A stretch of 64,000 bases of DNA from Moniliella sp. 'wahieum' (Eukaryota), in the NCBI GenBank assembly GCA_003971905.1, contig RSEE01000122.1:62001-126000 (forward strand), in the 5' to 3' direction. Made by a program: the position numbers and the translations under genes. Shown here one piece after another: positions 1 through 13,484 of this stretch. The stretch's first letter is position 1. Every line of letters begins with the position of its first letter. The notes under the pieces were generated by a model, which was given only the letters and a program-made list of their open reading frames with translations, had not been told where the DNA came from and did no database searches.

Positions 1-1019
1 AAAGCTCATGGTATGGCTAAGTGTAACCACGGTCTCCGCGACGCCGCGCGCTTCGCGCCGTGCTTGGTCCGGGTGCACAAACACGCCTTCCTCCAACAGT
101 TGTTTGACATTAAACATATTGACCAACGCCGTCGGCGAATTGGACAAAAGCAAAATCGGATCCTGAGCACGCTGTTTGCGCACCAAGCCCGCCCGCTGGC
201 GCACTCGCTGGCACAGGCGGTGCAACAACTTCTTTCGCACGACCCATAACCAGCTTGCGCATACTTTCCAGCCGATCCGCAATCGTCGTTCGGAAATGAG
301 AAAAGTCACTGGTCTGGGCCCAAAACTGCGTACCATGCGCCGCATCGTTCCGGTTGCGCGGCACCATCTCCACTTCGCTCCGCAGTTTCTTGACAAACAC
401 CTTATCCGCCTCGTCCGGCACGTACGTACGTTTGGCCGCCGTCGGAGCAGCCGTTGTCGTTGTTGCGGTCGCGGTCGAGGTCTCTGGCGCTGTCGAAGTC
501 GAAGTCGACGTCGCTGTAGTTGTCGCTGTTGCTGGCGCTGGCGCGGGGAGGTCCTTGTCTTTCACCGCTGCGGGCGCGGAAGAAGGCGGGGGAGTCGTCT
601 CCTTCTTCTCATCGCCTGCGAGGGGACACGCCATCCCATTCTTCACGCTTTCCCAGCAAGTACTCCAAGATCTCCGCGCGGTAGATCAACTCGAGACGGG
701 CGACCTTGGCGGCAGCACGGAGACGGGTGTAGGTGCCGCTGGACTCGTCTTTGGTCCGAAGAGCAAAAACCAACGCGTCTAATGGAAGCAGTCCATCGGG
801 CTTGGAGCTCGCCGAACCATCGCGCGCCGAGGCGCGGGTGGCGGCAAGCCGGGTGGGCTGCGAGGCGGGGAAAGTGACTTCGCCCGTGGGCAGCTGGAGA
901 CGCACGTGGCTCGCCTGCTCAATCGCATCGACGGGCTTGCCATCAGCGAGGAGCGTGACGTTGCTCAGATCGCCCGTAGGCGCAACGGCAGCGCGAAGCG
1001 CGTCCAGGGCGTCAGCCAT
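1..1019 (-). CDS. CDC73: Paf1 complex subunit Cdc73, N-terminal part (runs off window start)
   Basis: ATG at 1019: MADALDALRAA...LPLDALVFALRTKDESSGTY...RAEILEYLLGK, then a frameshift near 620 into ...DKVFVKKLRSEVEMVPRNRND...DFSHFR; resembles fungal Cdc73 N-terminus. The C-terminal domain is not visible. Confidence 0.65.
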
Positions 1020-1283
1020 GGCCGGCGAGAGGAGACGAGGGGGGGTGGTGAGCAGAGCAGAGCAGAGGTGCGTCGCTGCGTCGCCGCGTCGCCGCGCTGG
1101 ATTCGAGTCCATCAACGACCAGTCGGGGATGGATTTCGGATTTTGTTTTGGATTTCTTTTTGGGAGGAATTAATTGTTTGAGCGGGGGACGCTTTTTTTC
1201 TTCGCGGATTGGGCTACTACGTGACAACGCTGCCTTGCTTTGCGGTGCCCCCACCATCTTCGCTCTGGCTTTCTCCGTTTCCC

Positions 1284-3547
1284 ATGGCCAAGGGGAAAAG
1301 CAAGTTCGCTGCCCGCCGCGGCGCTAAGGCTCCGCAGCACGCTGGAAAACCCAAGACCGACGACCGTCACGAGCCTGACCCGCGCGACTTCCTCGACCAA
1401 TGGTGGACTCGGCCTGACGAGCAGCACAATGCGCGCTTCGAGTCGTATTACCGCACCCAGTCTATCCTTCCGCCCGAGGAACTGGAGAAGATGATGACTG
1501 TTATGCGCCAGCCGCTGCCCTCGACGTTCCGCATCGCCTCGGGCCGCGACTTTACTCAGCAGGTGGCCAACTATATGACCCGTGAGATGGCCCCTGCGTG
1601 TGCGGGGATTGAGTACGAGGGTGAGGCTGTACCGGCGCCATCGCAGCTGCCATGGTACCCCCCCAGTTGGGTTGGAACCTGGATGTGAAGAAGATGGTGC
1701 TGCGCAAACAGCCGCAGTTCAAGGCGTTGCACCAATGGCTCGTTGTCGAAACCGAGAGTGGGATGGTAAGCCGACAAGAAGCTGTCAGTATGTTGCCGCC
1801 CCTCTTCCTCAATGTGCAGCCGCACCACTTGGTTCTCGACTTGTGCGCCGCACCGGGTAGCAAGTCGGCCCAGCTGTTGGAGGGCATCCATGCCCCTCCT
1901 TGGCCCTCAGGGGCAAAACCAAGGCGCGCCGTTTGACCCCATGCCATTGGGTCTGGTGGTGGCTAATGAGCTCGACACAAAGCGGGCCAACCTCTTGTCG
2001 CATCAGACTGGCCGTCTGCCCAGCGGTAACATCCTGGTCACCAATGTGGATGCCAGGACGTTCCCTTCGCTCCAGGCACCGTTTTGGAGCGAAGAGACGG
2101 GGATCACCTACCCTTCCATCCGGTACGACCGCATCCTAGCCGACGTGCCTTGCTCGGGGGACGGAACGATCCGCAAAAATCCACTGCTGTGGAAGGACTG
2201 GCAAAACCAGAGTGCTCTGACACTCCACCCGATCCAGCTCGAAATCTTTCTGCGGTCGCTCGACTTGCTCGCCCAGGGAGGACGGATGGTGTACTCGACC
2301 TGCTCCCTCAACCCAATTGAGAACGAAGCGGTGGTTGCGGCCGGACTGCGCGAAGCGGCCAAGCGAGGGATTGAAGTGGAGTTGGTCGAGACAACTGAGG
2401 AAGAAGAGTTCCAGGCGTTCAAAGAGCTGAAGCGTGCTCCAGGGCTTCACTCTTGGCGCGTCTCGCCCCTTAAAGATCTCCCTCTCAAAGTCCGGCCTAC
2501 CCCCGAGGGCCCCAAGCCGTCCAAGCTGCCTACGAATGAGGAACCACCCAACAAGAAGGCGCGCGTTGAAGTGAGCCTCCCCAACGGCGGGTACGACCTG
2601 GGCGATCCTCTGCCGTTTGTCGACACCTTTGCCGAGCTTACGCCGGCCGAGGCGAAAGGGATGAAGCCGAGCATGTGGCCTCAGGGTGACGAGGCGTCGC
2701 TTCATTTGGAGCGCTGCATGCGCTTCTACCCCCACTTCCAGAATACGGGAGGGTTCTTTGTGGCGGTGCTGCAGAAAAAGAGTGGTGAGCCTGGTGGAAT
2801 GGCGCGAGGGATCCAAAAGGCTATGGAGGAACTGGATGCGCACCCTGAGCTGGCGCAAGCACAGCCGTCGAGTGAGATCAAGTTCGATAAGTCACTCAAC
2901 CCGGCCTCGCTGAAGGAGGAGCCCTATGTGTATGTCACGAACTCCCCTCCTGATTTGGCCAAGATACAGCAACTCTACAATCTCCCGGACGAACTGCTCC
3001 GCAACCTACTGGTCCGCAACCTGGAAGGAGAGATGACTCGGATTTTATATGCGACTACGTCAGTTGTCCGGGGGATTTTGACCTACGGCCCACCGTTTGA
3101 AAAGGCGCGGCACAAGTACCGCCAAACGGTCAAGATGCGTCTCATGACGGCCGGAATGCGGCTGTTTGTGCGGCAGTCGGGTGCGCGGGAGGATGTGCCG
3201 TTGAATAAATGGCGCGCGCTGAGCGAGGCCACAGCTCTGCTCGGCCAGTACATGCCACCGGACCGCGTCATGACCATCACGCTGACCGAGCTAGGGGCTC
3301 TGCTGCCGCTGCTCTTCCCCAAGCTGGAGGATGTGACGCCGCCCGAACTAAAAGCACGCATCGAGGCGCTTCCGATGGGCAGCCATCTGCTGCGGGTCGA
3401 ACCGAGCTCAGAGCCGGGGGCCACCTTGAGCACGAGCTTTTGCTCCCGCTGTGGCGTGCGCCAGCCAGCGCCAACATCATGCTGGAAAAGGCAGAGAAGA
3501 GCGTGGTGTCGATGCGCATTTTTTGCCGCCAATTGTTCAAGAATTAA
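1284..3547 (+). CDS. NCL1: tRNA m5C methyltransferase Ncl1/Trm4 (NSUN2 family)
   Basis: Motifs [102 protein letters not shown]; spread over several frames (shifts near 1660, 1900, 3440); 3' end approximate. Confidence 0.93.
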
Positions 3548-5104
3548 GGGGAAATGCACGTCGTGGAAGTGGAAATGGAGGGAGGAGGAGTTGAGTGTGA
3601 AAAGCTGATAGTTATCAATGGAGAGTCGTTGTCCAGCCGCATACACATTACTACATTCCCGCGGGCATAGGTGCGTCCGGTGCCCAACGACCTCACAGCC
3701 ATGAACTTGTTTGTGTTGTGTTTTGTGGATACAGTGGCAACCAGGAGATCAATGCGTATATGAATGGGGTTGACGCCGTGCCGACCCACTGCTCAGATTC
3801 CACACTACGAAAGGGGGAAGAGGGGAGAGGTATTTTTCTTCAACGTCGTACGAGCAACCTGTTACGGCGTCGTGCAATGGCTGGGCTATGGCTGAGTGAC
3901 AGTGACGACAGCAGCATGTACTGGCCGGCGGCGCCGAGGGTTGTATTTAACACCATCCGGGAGAGGGGAGGAAGCACCCCCCTGGCTTATGTGAGGGAGG
4001 CCCTCAGTCTCTCCTCCCTACCTGAAACACTAGCCCACACTATGCCTCAATCTACTGCGAAGTACACGGATCCGCCGATTAGTATGGGCCTGGATACAAG
4101 TACCGAGTTTTGGTGATTGCATATGCGGGGGGGCGAATTGTGCTGCTCAATCTGGACGACAGAAGCATGCGCTCGGTTTACGTCCATTGTTTCTTTGACA
4201 GGAGATCAACTGCTCGTCCTCGTTTATCTGTGGGTGATGGTCGCGCGTGTTGACCCATGAAAGTCTCTGCATTGTGCTGGATTACTCGTTTGCGGGTGAT
4301 GCAAAGCAGGTCCGTGTCTACCCTCTGACGACCAGACGCCCGAGCCTTCGAACTTCTGTGATTGAGGAAGGGTACCTCTTCCCCCGTACCGTTGTACGCG
4401 ATCTTAAGGTGGATGCATTGCCCATCGAGGATGCCGAGTGCACCTCGTCAGCAGTCTATTTGCTACAACGAGAGCGGGACGGCTTCCGGCTCCGAACCTA
4501 CGACTTGGATGCCAGTGCCAACTTACGGCTCAGACCATACCTCTAGGAGATGTACGTGGGCATGTACGAAGGCTAGTCGCGGAAGAGCTACACATCTCCT
4601 GGGTCCCACAAACAATACGGTTCTTGATGGGGGAACGTGTGGCAACGTTGACACTGTTGTCGTCTTACTAGTATGCCTTTTGATGGCGAACTGGTGCGAT
4701 ATATTAGGCCACCAGCGGATCGAGAGCAGATCTGCTGCTGGGGAAGGGGGCACGTGGGTATGATGTCGCTGCTTCTGCTCCTATTTCTGCTCAACCTGTG
4801 GGTGGACATGGGTTCAAGGAACCGCGTGTGATGAAGCTACTAGTAGCATCCCCTGGAAAACGTACTCGGGCATTGGCTATAGTCATTGCAGTGACGCTAC
4901 AGCGCGATTCGCTTAGGAAACGGGCAGTTTTATATTCTACCGCCACCACCTCCAACGGATCCTGCGGCCTTTCATGTCCCAGCGACTCCATATCAACTTG
5001 CCATTGACAAGAAGAGCGCCCATGTGAGAGGCGCGACAGTGGGCTGCCTCACCAGCGACGCGACGTGCACAGGCACGGGCACACGCGGCGGGGGAAAGCG
5101 GCGC

Positions 5105-6415
5105 CTAGGCGACTTGAAACATGTGCAGTCTCAACTCCTGAAGCGCCTGTTCGTAGCGGCTTCTCTGCTGGGCCATAGCCTGAACCAGCATCTGTGGGGG
5201 TAGCTGGATGCGACGCTGGTGGGCGCACACATAGGCGCGTACCAGAGGGGCATGCGGTTGGAGTGAGGTCATGACCATCAAGGGGTAGGAGCCGAGCAGG
5301 TCCTGGGGCCATTTGCGTTCCTCCGACGGGCCGGACACGGAGCCTGCGTTGGTTTCGCCCATGTGAGTGCGCAGCACGTCCGGATCTGGCAGTAGCATCG
5401 CCTCGGCGAGAGCGGTGCTCATAAATTGCAGTACCAGACGGTCACGGTCTGTTTTGGCGAGCCGTTGAGATTCAGACAGCGTCGCAAGAGCCGCGGTGAA
5501 TGCCGCTTCGACTTCGACCCTGAGTATGCTCTGTTCCGCATGGTTCGCATACGCGTCAGTTTCGCAGCGTTTGCGTGGGGGGTGGGGTGGGGATACGCAC
5601 AAATTGTTGTATGGCCTTTCCTCTCCAGTTTGAATTTGGCAAGAAACTACTGGGAGGCGAGCGACCGGCGAGCAAGTCAAGCTTCTTGCATTGGTCGCGG
5701 AGCAAGCTAACCATGGCCATGATGGAGTTACAAGTCCTGGGGTGCTGGCTCCATCGCTGGATCACCATGGAGGGTAGAGTCGAGGTGGGCGCGACCTTGG
5801 CTGAGACGCCAAGCACATGCGGTGTATCGAGAAAGACAGACATGAACTGTCTCGTTGGTAAGAAGAGGGCGAAGCGAAGCAGAGGAAACTCCGATGTAAG
5901 ATGTGTGGGCCAAGAGAAGTCCGTCTCCGAAAGCGAAAAAGTCCTGCGCACCGCCGCCTTCGCCCGCAGGAGCGGGGGGAGGAGATGTGCATCCACCAAC
6001 GCCTGACTGACGTACCGGATCACTTCGCATCTGACAGCTGAAGGATCCGCCTTGGGATAGCCGAGTGTTCGTCCCAGGTACCGCTGCATTTGGCCCAGAG
6101 AGTCCCTCTTGGAAGGGGGTTAGTTAATCTTCCAAGAGATTGGGAAAGAGGACGTACAAACAAGCAGCGCACTGGGTCCTCCAAAGCAGCCACCTGCTCG
6201 GAGGTGTTGCTGTGGCTTGATGCATGGAAAGGAGCTGCCTTGCTTTCGGACAATAGGGGCTTCGAACCAGGTTCACATTTGACAGCCGGGTGGGTGGGAT
6301 TCGGGGCGCGAAGCGCGGGCGATGTGGTTTTTTGGGTGGTAAGTGGTGGGCCATCAGAGGAGGGGTCGCAGGGCGGAGCAGGATCAGTGCGGGCCCGTTT
6401 GTGTGAGCCTTCCAT
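5105..6415 (-). CDS. Orphan protein with two LLP...WP...PLL modules
   Basis: Consecutive minus-strand ORFs 6020-6415, 5556-6089 and 5105-5680 overlap as if frameshifted; two copies of the repeated module. Confidence 0.45.
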
Positions 6416-6492
6416 ACTAGGTGAAGAAAGATCAGAGCGGGGCCGTTTGGTTTTTTCTTCCGTGTTCGGTTGGGGGGGGTACGTGTTGGACG

Positions 6493-9400
6493 CTACGGGA
6501 TAGGGGAGCCCTTAGTGATCAGTCGGAAGATGACCACGTCGAAGCTGAGTATTTCGAGGAAGGGGCCAGCGCAGCGGTATACACCACGGACCTGCGCTGG
6601 CTCCAGGTGATGAGAAGAGTCACTGTGGAGATAAGCTTGTGCCAGCCAGCCGACGGGACTCAGCGGGTTTGTGTGTAGCAGAGGGTAGTACTCGACCAGC
6701 TCCTGGGGCCAGCAAGAAGTATCGGCTCCCGCCTGCGAAAGCGATTGCGGAAGCAGCGTTCCTTTCATCCTCTTGGCAAGGACTCGGCGAAGTTCTACGA
6801 CATCCTTGTCATAGGACAGCGACAACTCCGATAGGGCGTGGTTGAGCGAGACCTGGGTTGGGTTAGAACACAAACATTGATGGTGGAAAGGTGGACGCAC
6901 AAAATGGGTGTGAACAAGCTTTTTCCACAAGACGATGTTTGGCATGTCATGGGAAGCAGGGGGCCCGAGGGCCGGCGATGGGGCAAGGCTGGTTATGATT
7001 GGATGGATGGCCATGGCCATGCGCATAGTGGTGTTGATCGTTTCTGGCGTGATCTGCCAGACATTGAGATACCCCGGTGGCACAGGAGCTAAATGCAGGA
7101 GACGCCCACAAAAGGGCGATAAGGTTACCGGCTTGGTCGAGGAGCACGCTAACACAGCCATCGAAAAGGGACGGAATGTGGCGAGGCTGAGAAGGGGATA
7201 TGCGTTCACTAACGACACCGGCCACTTACGTTGAGGTGGAGCCTTCGGGGAGGCAGCAACACAACCATTGCACTTGCGCACATTAAACGCATCGAGCTTC
7301 TCTTTCAGTATCTGCACTGGAGGAAGAAGACCCATTACCACCAACGGAAGCGACGCGCTGCGCCACAAGTAGTACCATAGCATATTATCCCGAATAATCT
7401 GCTTGTCCAGGTCACGCCTTGGGTCTTGCGCCGACAGAGATCGTTGGGAAAAGATGCCGGATTCGATAATGCCCGCATCGCGCGGAAAAAGAGGCGCCAA
7501 CGATGTTTGAAGAACCCGCGTGTTTTCCTGATCAGACCGAAACAATGTCAGTTCATCCTTACTCCCCCTCATCCGTATCCCAATCCACAGTAAAGGAATA
7601 CTTACCTCGATAATACCTTCAATGCGGGCGAGCGCATCCGTGTAACGCGTACACTCATCATTGCGCGACGGCTGGTTTTCCTCCAGATTAGACGATTGGA
7701 AATCGTAGTCAGGCGGCGACTGTGGCTTTGCCTGCTTGGGGCGGTGACGCTCCTCCTCCTAGATCCGTGACAGTAGAGGGTTCGTAATGACACGAGTCCG
7801 CTGGGCAAGGGGCACCAGCTTTTTTCCCCTGGGAGCGCGTTTCAACGTCTTGCGAGTCGCGATTACTGGACTGAGACTCATCATCCCACGTGCGTTTTCG
7901 CCCCTTTGGGGGCTCATGCCATTCACGCTGCCGCCCCTCGCGGCCATCTTGGTGCCGTTCAACACGTTCGTATTCGCGGCCCCGTTGTTCCCGTTCAGAA
8001 CGCTCGCGCTCATTCCGTTTCGCCGGAACATGCTCACCATCCGGCCACTTGCTCTCCAGATTTCCCGTGGTGCGGTACTCCTTACCCTGCCCCTCCTGCT
8101 TGACAATGGTGCGGTACTCCTTGCCCTGCTCCTCCTGCTTGACACGCACAGGGTCCTTCTGCTGCAGCTGCAGCTCCTTGCGGGTGTGCTCTTGATTGGG
8201 CTGCTTGCCACTTGTGCGGTGTGAGTTGGACTTTGAGTCAGAGCGGTATGCATCCGAATTCTTCACTCGCCGCGAAAGGGAGGAGGAATTGGAACGGGAA
8301 ACAGTTTGGCAGCTGGAGTCCGAGTCGGAATCGGATGAAGAGGATGAGGATGAGGAGGATGAGGAAGATGAGGAAGATGAGGATGAGGATGAAGAGGAAG
8401 ATGAGGAGGAGGAGGAGGAGGATGAGGAGGATGAGGATGAGGAGGATGAGGATGAGGAGGATGATGGATGAGGAAGATGAGGACGAGGAAGATGGCGAGG
8501 AAGATGAGGATGATGAGAGAGAAGAAGAAGAAGATGATGATGATGATGATGATGATGACGAGGAGGAGGAGGAGGAGGAGGAGGAAGAGGAGGAGGAAGA
8601 AGAAGAGATGATGACGGGGGGGAAGGAGAATATGCGCGTTCTTGTTTAATGTTTTGAAGCAATGGAGGGGGAGGGGAGACAATGGGTTCTTGTTGGATCT
8701 GGGGTGGGGGCGATATGTGATAAGGTCGATGAGGTGAGGGGGGAGGTTCTTGCTTGATCACAGTTTGGCCTTGACGCGATGGGCACAGTGGGGAAGGTGG
8801 GCCAGGCTCTTGCTTGATGAAGCGGGGATGCGATGAGTGGGGAGGGGACAGGGAAGCGGTGATCGTCGGCGAGTGGGAAGGGGCGAAAGGGTGGGGAGAT
8901 GTAGCGCGGATCGGGTCGCGAGTGACACTGGGTGCGGGAACGGTAGCGGTAGCGGTAGCGGCGCAATAGGGCACGGGGCGGGGGATGGCTGGGATGGGGT
9001 TTGATTGGTAGAATCGGGGTGGTGAGTAGAGAGGAGGAGGGCGGGTGCGAGCGTGGTAGTCGGCACAGACACAGACACGGGCCTGGACATAGACGTGGCA
9101 GTAGATACGGCCGGAGTCGCGTGAGAGAGCGAGAGTGGTACGAGAGAGTGGGAGGGAGCTGGAAACGACGGGTTCAGAGGGAGCGCTGGCAATGGAAGCG
9201 GGCTGACTTTGGGAGGTGGAGGCGACGCGAGAGGGATGAGACTCGGTGTGGGAGGGGGGAGGCACTGGGCCCAAAGGGTAGACCGCCAGTAGCAGTCGGA
9301 TCTCCCGCACCGCCGTCTGGGCAATCATGCTAGTAGAAGGGTGTGCGTTCCAGGAGGCCAGAACAGCGGGCTGGAGGCCCTCCTCGCTTTGCGCAGCCAG

Positions 9401-10522
9401 TCTGCGCCGGAGAAGGGGCGGACTGAACTTGGGCAACCGGAGGAGCGGGTAGCGTTCTTGCATCCCCCTTGGCCAGTGGTCCCCGACGTCGAGGGGAGGG
9501 GGAGGAAGGAATCCTTCGCTGACGAGGTGAAGGAGGATTTTGTGCATTGCTACCGCCGCTACTGCCTCAAGCGGAGTGTTCGTACCCACTGCCAGCAACT
9601 CATTCGCCAACATCTTGCCCAGGGATAGAGCGGCGAACACCAAGCCTTCGTCCACCAAGCGATCCAGCTTCAGCTCGTTGTCGGCTGAAGGCTGAGCCGA
9701 AGGGTGGACGCGGGAGTACGATGCACACCGAGAATTTGTGTCGACGCTTCCGATGTGTCCCCCACGTTGGCGCACATCGCCGCACGCATAGGGGGAGAGG
9801 TTGGGTTCAACATCGAGAGAGACGCGAGCTCGAACTCGTCCTCCACCCCCCCGGGGGGGAATTAGGAGGGGAAGTCAAGGCAGAGTAGGTAGAGCCAATC
9901 TCCAACTCATTTTCCTCTTCTTGGTTCATCCTCGGGGGGAACACGATCGTGCTCCAAGGCTGTCCGCACGGCCTCCACGTGTCGATTAAGTGTCGGCTGG
10001 AGGTAGGGAAGATAGGTGATGTTTGGGTAGAGGAAGGCGGCGTGGACAAAAGAGTGGTCGGGAGACAAAAAGCGCAATAAGGAGTAGCGGTCCAGAATGG
10101 GGGTGTTCCAGGGTGAAGCGAGAGTGGCAAGAGGAGGGACGAGGCCAGCGCGGTTAAGGGCGGCCATGGCATGAGCCGCTGCCTCATCTTCAGAGGTGTC
10201 GCTCCGGGTCCGGAGGGCGGCTTCGATAGCGAGCCGCATGGCCTGGAGCGCATCCGCCACACCAGATGCGGGCATTGCGCCGTCGTCAGCTGTGCGCTGC
10301 CAATTTCCAACGGAAGCTGGTGGTGATGGCGATGGTGGCAAGGCTACCTATGGCCTTCAGCGCGGTGAACGCCTGTTGTACCCGCACACGCGACAAAAAA
10401 CTTCGGGCATGCTTCGCGGGCTTCAAAGTGAAACTTGGATCTTCCACAGCGACTTGGATGTGACAGTTTAATGATTTCTGGCTACCGGCGGCAACTGACC
10501 AAAAACGACCGTTTGCACACAT
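6493..10522 (-). CDS. Large orphan protein with four LLPP...WP...YPLL modules and a Pro/His/Ser low-complexity centre with IKQE motifs
   Basis: Chained minus ORFs 10286-10522, 9907-10341, 7709-9775 and 6493-7572; GTAAGT donor at 7605; start and number of genes uncertain. Confidence 0.45.
8335..8615. repeat. (GAG/GAT/GAA)n trinucleotide low-complexity tract
   Basis: Directly visible; reads as poly-Ser/Pro/His on the minus strand. Confidence 0.95.
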
Positions 10523-10721
10523 GTACTACTGTATGTTGTCCATGACACCTCCAAAGCTCTGTCCCTCCGTCACTCCCCCTTCCGAATCCTCTCCGTCCTA
10601 CCTCCAGCTGTTAGATATCCCGCCTGCCCCGCGCTTTGCGCCTACTGCGCCACTATGTCTCGTACCGCATGCACAGAACCACATCCGCCAACACATTTTT
10701 TCTGTTCTCGTCTTGTAAGTC

Positions 10722-11802
10722 CTAGTCCTTGGGCTGCAAGTCAAACAGGACAAATTCCACGTTTTCCTTGCCGACCGAGGCCAATTCGATCCGCTCGCCC
10801 ACTCGGGCGCCGGCGATGTATGCGCCATCACCCTCTGCGAGGGTGGTTGTGCCCTTGGCTGTGGTCACCGACAAGATGCCTGGGGTGGAGGGAGGAGCGT
10901 CTGCACTTCCCGCAGAGTCCGGCTTGCTGTACCCACTGCTCATGGCCACGTGGAGGTAAAGCCAGCGCTCGGAGCCCGTGCGAGCAGCCACGTCAGTATC
11001 GGTGCCAATGACATGGGAAACGTTGTGGCCCGGCTCGAGCACCGAGACACGGGTGACGAGAGAGTTGTGCTGGGATGGCGCGACCCGGGGGCAAGAGCCC
11101 TGTGGCAGCCTGTTCTTCTGGTGTGAAGGTCGACCAAGGCTTGATGAGGGTCTGGAGTTTGTTGCGCTTATCGTTTTCGGTGCTGTTGTAGGTATAGTAG
11201 CGTGGCGGCAGGCCGCGTTCGTCGGGAATGTACCAGATCTGCAAAAAGTGGCACTCGGTTTCGGTATTGTTGTTGTACTCGCTGTGCACGATGCCGGTGC
11301 CTGCCGAGGTGAACTGCACTTGGCCCCGTCGCAGCGTCTCGACATTTCCCATCGAGTCACGGTGGGTCAATTCGCCCCCGACAACATAGGAGAACTGAAG
11401 CAAGGTAGGTCAGGAAAAGAGCTGCAGACCGAGGGAAGAGGGCTGAGGCCATACAATCTCAAAGTTCTTATGGGGGTGCGGGGGGAAGCCCTGGGTGGGC
11501 GCGACCCTATCTTCGTTGATGACGCGCAAGTCGGAGAAGCCTGGGAAACGGTGATCCCAGTAGGAGGCGAAAGAAAAGGTGTGGTAGGACTTGAGCCAGC
11601 CAAGGTCCGCGTGGCCACGCTCGCTGGACCGACGCGGGAGGACAGTGGTGAGCTTGGCGAGTTCGGCGGGGGCGGCGGCAGAGAGGGCGACGGCGGACGA
11701 AGACATGGCGCGCAGGGGCAGGCGGGCGGGGAGGTTGGTGGGGCCCGCAGGCAGCGGATGGCGGAGGAGCGTGCGGGGCGCAGTGGGGAGGAGGCGGAGC
11801 AT
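10722..11802 (-). CDS. Pirin-like bicupin (YhhW type) with putative mitochondrial presequence
   Basis: [72 protein letters not shown]; intron 11395-11454; frameshift near 11070. Confidence 0.92.
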
Positions 11803-12149
11803 GGGGAGGCGATGGAGGGAGGGGCGAAGAGGCCGGACGCGCCGGGCTGTCTATCTATATTGGCGCGTAGCAGCTAAATGGACCGCCAATTAGGCAACCT
11901 GCGTCCGTCGGCGACTACCCACGTCACTTGCAATGTTCAGCTGCGGCCCCGCACCCCACACTGCCCGTCTGCCTCCCCCGCGACGATGGCCCGTGTTTGA
12001 CCTGTCTGAGCTGTGCGGGGCCGCAGCAGACCGGAGAGGAGAGGACGGCCGAGGAATGGTAATCGACTAGCAATACAATACACCTCGAAGCCCGACCGCC
12101 CTTCCTCCTCCCCCCCCGCCACCACCAACCGCCCCGGCTCCCACGACAC

Positions 12150-13131
12150 ATGTCGCTCCCTCTCGCTGCCAACGCCAACGTCGTCAAGCGCCGCTGGTGC
12201 GACCGCGGCCACGCCGACCACGACTGGCTCCGCTCCTTCCACACTTTCAGCTTTGCCGACTACTATGACCCCCGCTTCATGGGCTACAGCAACCTGCGCG
12301 TCATCAACGAAGACCGTGTTGCACCCGGTACCGGTTTCCCTCCCCATCCACACGCTGGCGCGGAGATTGTAAGCGAAGGCCCTTCCCTCCTGTTCCCTTT
12401 TCTTATTTTTTTTCCCTGACGGAGCCAAAGACTGACTTTGTCAAACTTGTTCCCCCACTCAACAGTTCTCCATTGTGCTTGCAGGCGAGCTGACGCACAA
12501 AGACAATATGGGCAACGTCGAAGTCCTCAGCCCAGGGGAGGTGCAATTCACCAGCGCGGGCAAGCCGCCCGGGATCAAGCATAGCGAATACAATGCCAAC
12601 AAACACGACGAATGCCACTTCCTCCAGATTTGGTACACCCCCGATGACCGCAACCTGCCTGCACGTTACTATACTGCCCCCAAGTCCGACTGGACCGACG
12701 AGCTGGTGACGCTCATCAAGCCCTGGTCTACCCTCACCCCCGAGGAGCAGGCCCGCACCGGCCTTCTCCCGCCTGGTGAAGCCATCCCGGCCCACTCCTC
12801 CTTGGTCACCCGCGCCTGCACCCTCAACCCGGAAGAGAGTGTGAGTCACGTCGTTGGTATCGACACGGATGTCGCTGCGCAAACAGGAACCGAGCGGTGG
12901 CTGTATGTCCACGTGGCACAAGTGTCGGGGTACAAAGACCCAGAGCTTGCGACGTTTAAGCTCAAGAAGGAGGGGCACCTTGTCATTCGCACGGCTACTA
13001 CTACTCTCGAGCTTGAGGAAGGCGACGGTGCGTTTATCAAGAATGTCCGGGTTGGGGAGCAGGTGGAGTTTGAGTCCAAAGGGCCCAACGCGGCCACCTT
13101 TGTCCTATTTGACCTATTGGCCAAGGAGTAA
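12150..13131 (+). CDS. Pirin-like bicupin (YhhW type), no presequence
   Basis: [44 protein letters not shown]...HSE, HFLQIW; intron 12369-12465. Confidence 0.93.
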
Positions 13132-13484
13132 GTCTGCTCTGCCAGCATTTTTGATCCAGGGTGTGTTCATGTCTCTCTAATGCTGTTAATGCGACAATCA
13201 GGGCGATGCAAAAGAGTCGGATGTAAGAAGTAGAACAAGTGGTACATGGCACGTCAATAAATAAAAAACCCGCTGTACTCGTGCTCATTGCGATGTAGGC
13301 ACCCACCATTTGGTGGCCGAACAAGTGAATAACTGAAAGTAGTGCGTTAGGGTTATACGCGTTCTTCGTGTGCCGTTCGTTGTTCGCGTCTCGCGCCAAC
13401 AGACCCGACGCGAGGTGGGGGTTGGGTCGACGTATTGTCCCTTCTCGCCATCGTTAAGAGCTCAGCGGATCAGCAACTGCACAC

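Noticed and set aside
3700..5010. Fragmentary plus-strand ORFs
   Set aside because: No recognisable motif or consistent exon chain; cannot be called as a gene
8196..8682. Plus-strand poly-Glu/Asp and Arg/Met ORFs
   Set aside because: Shadow frames of the trinucleotide tract within the minus-strand orphan gene
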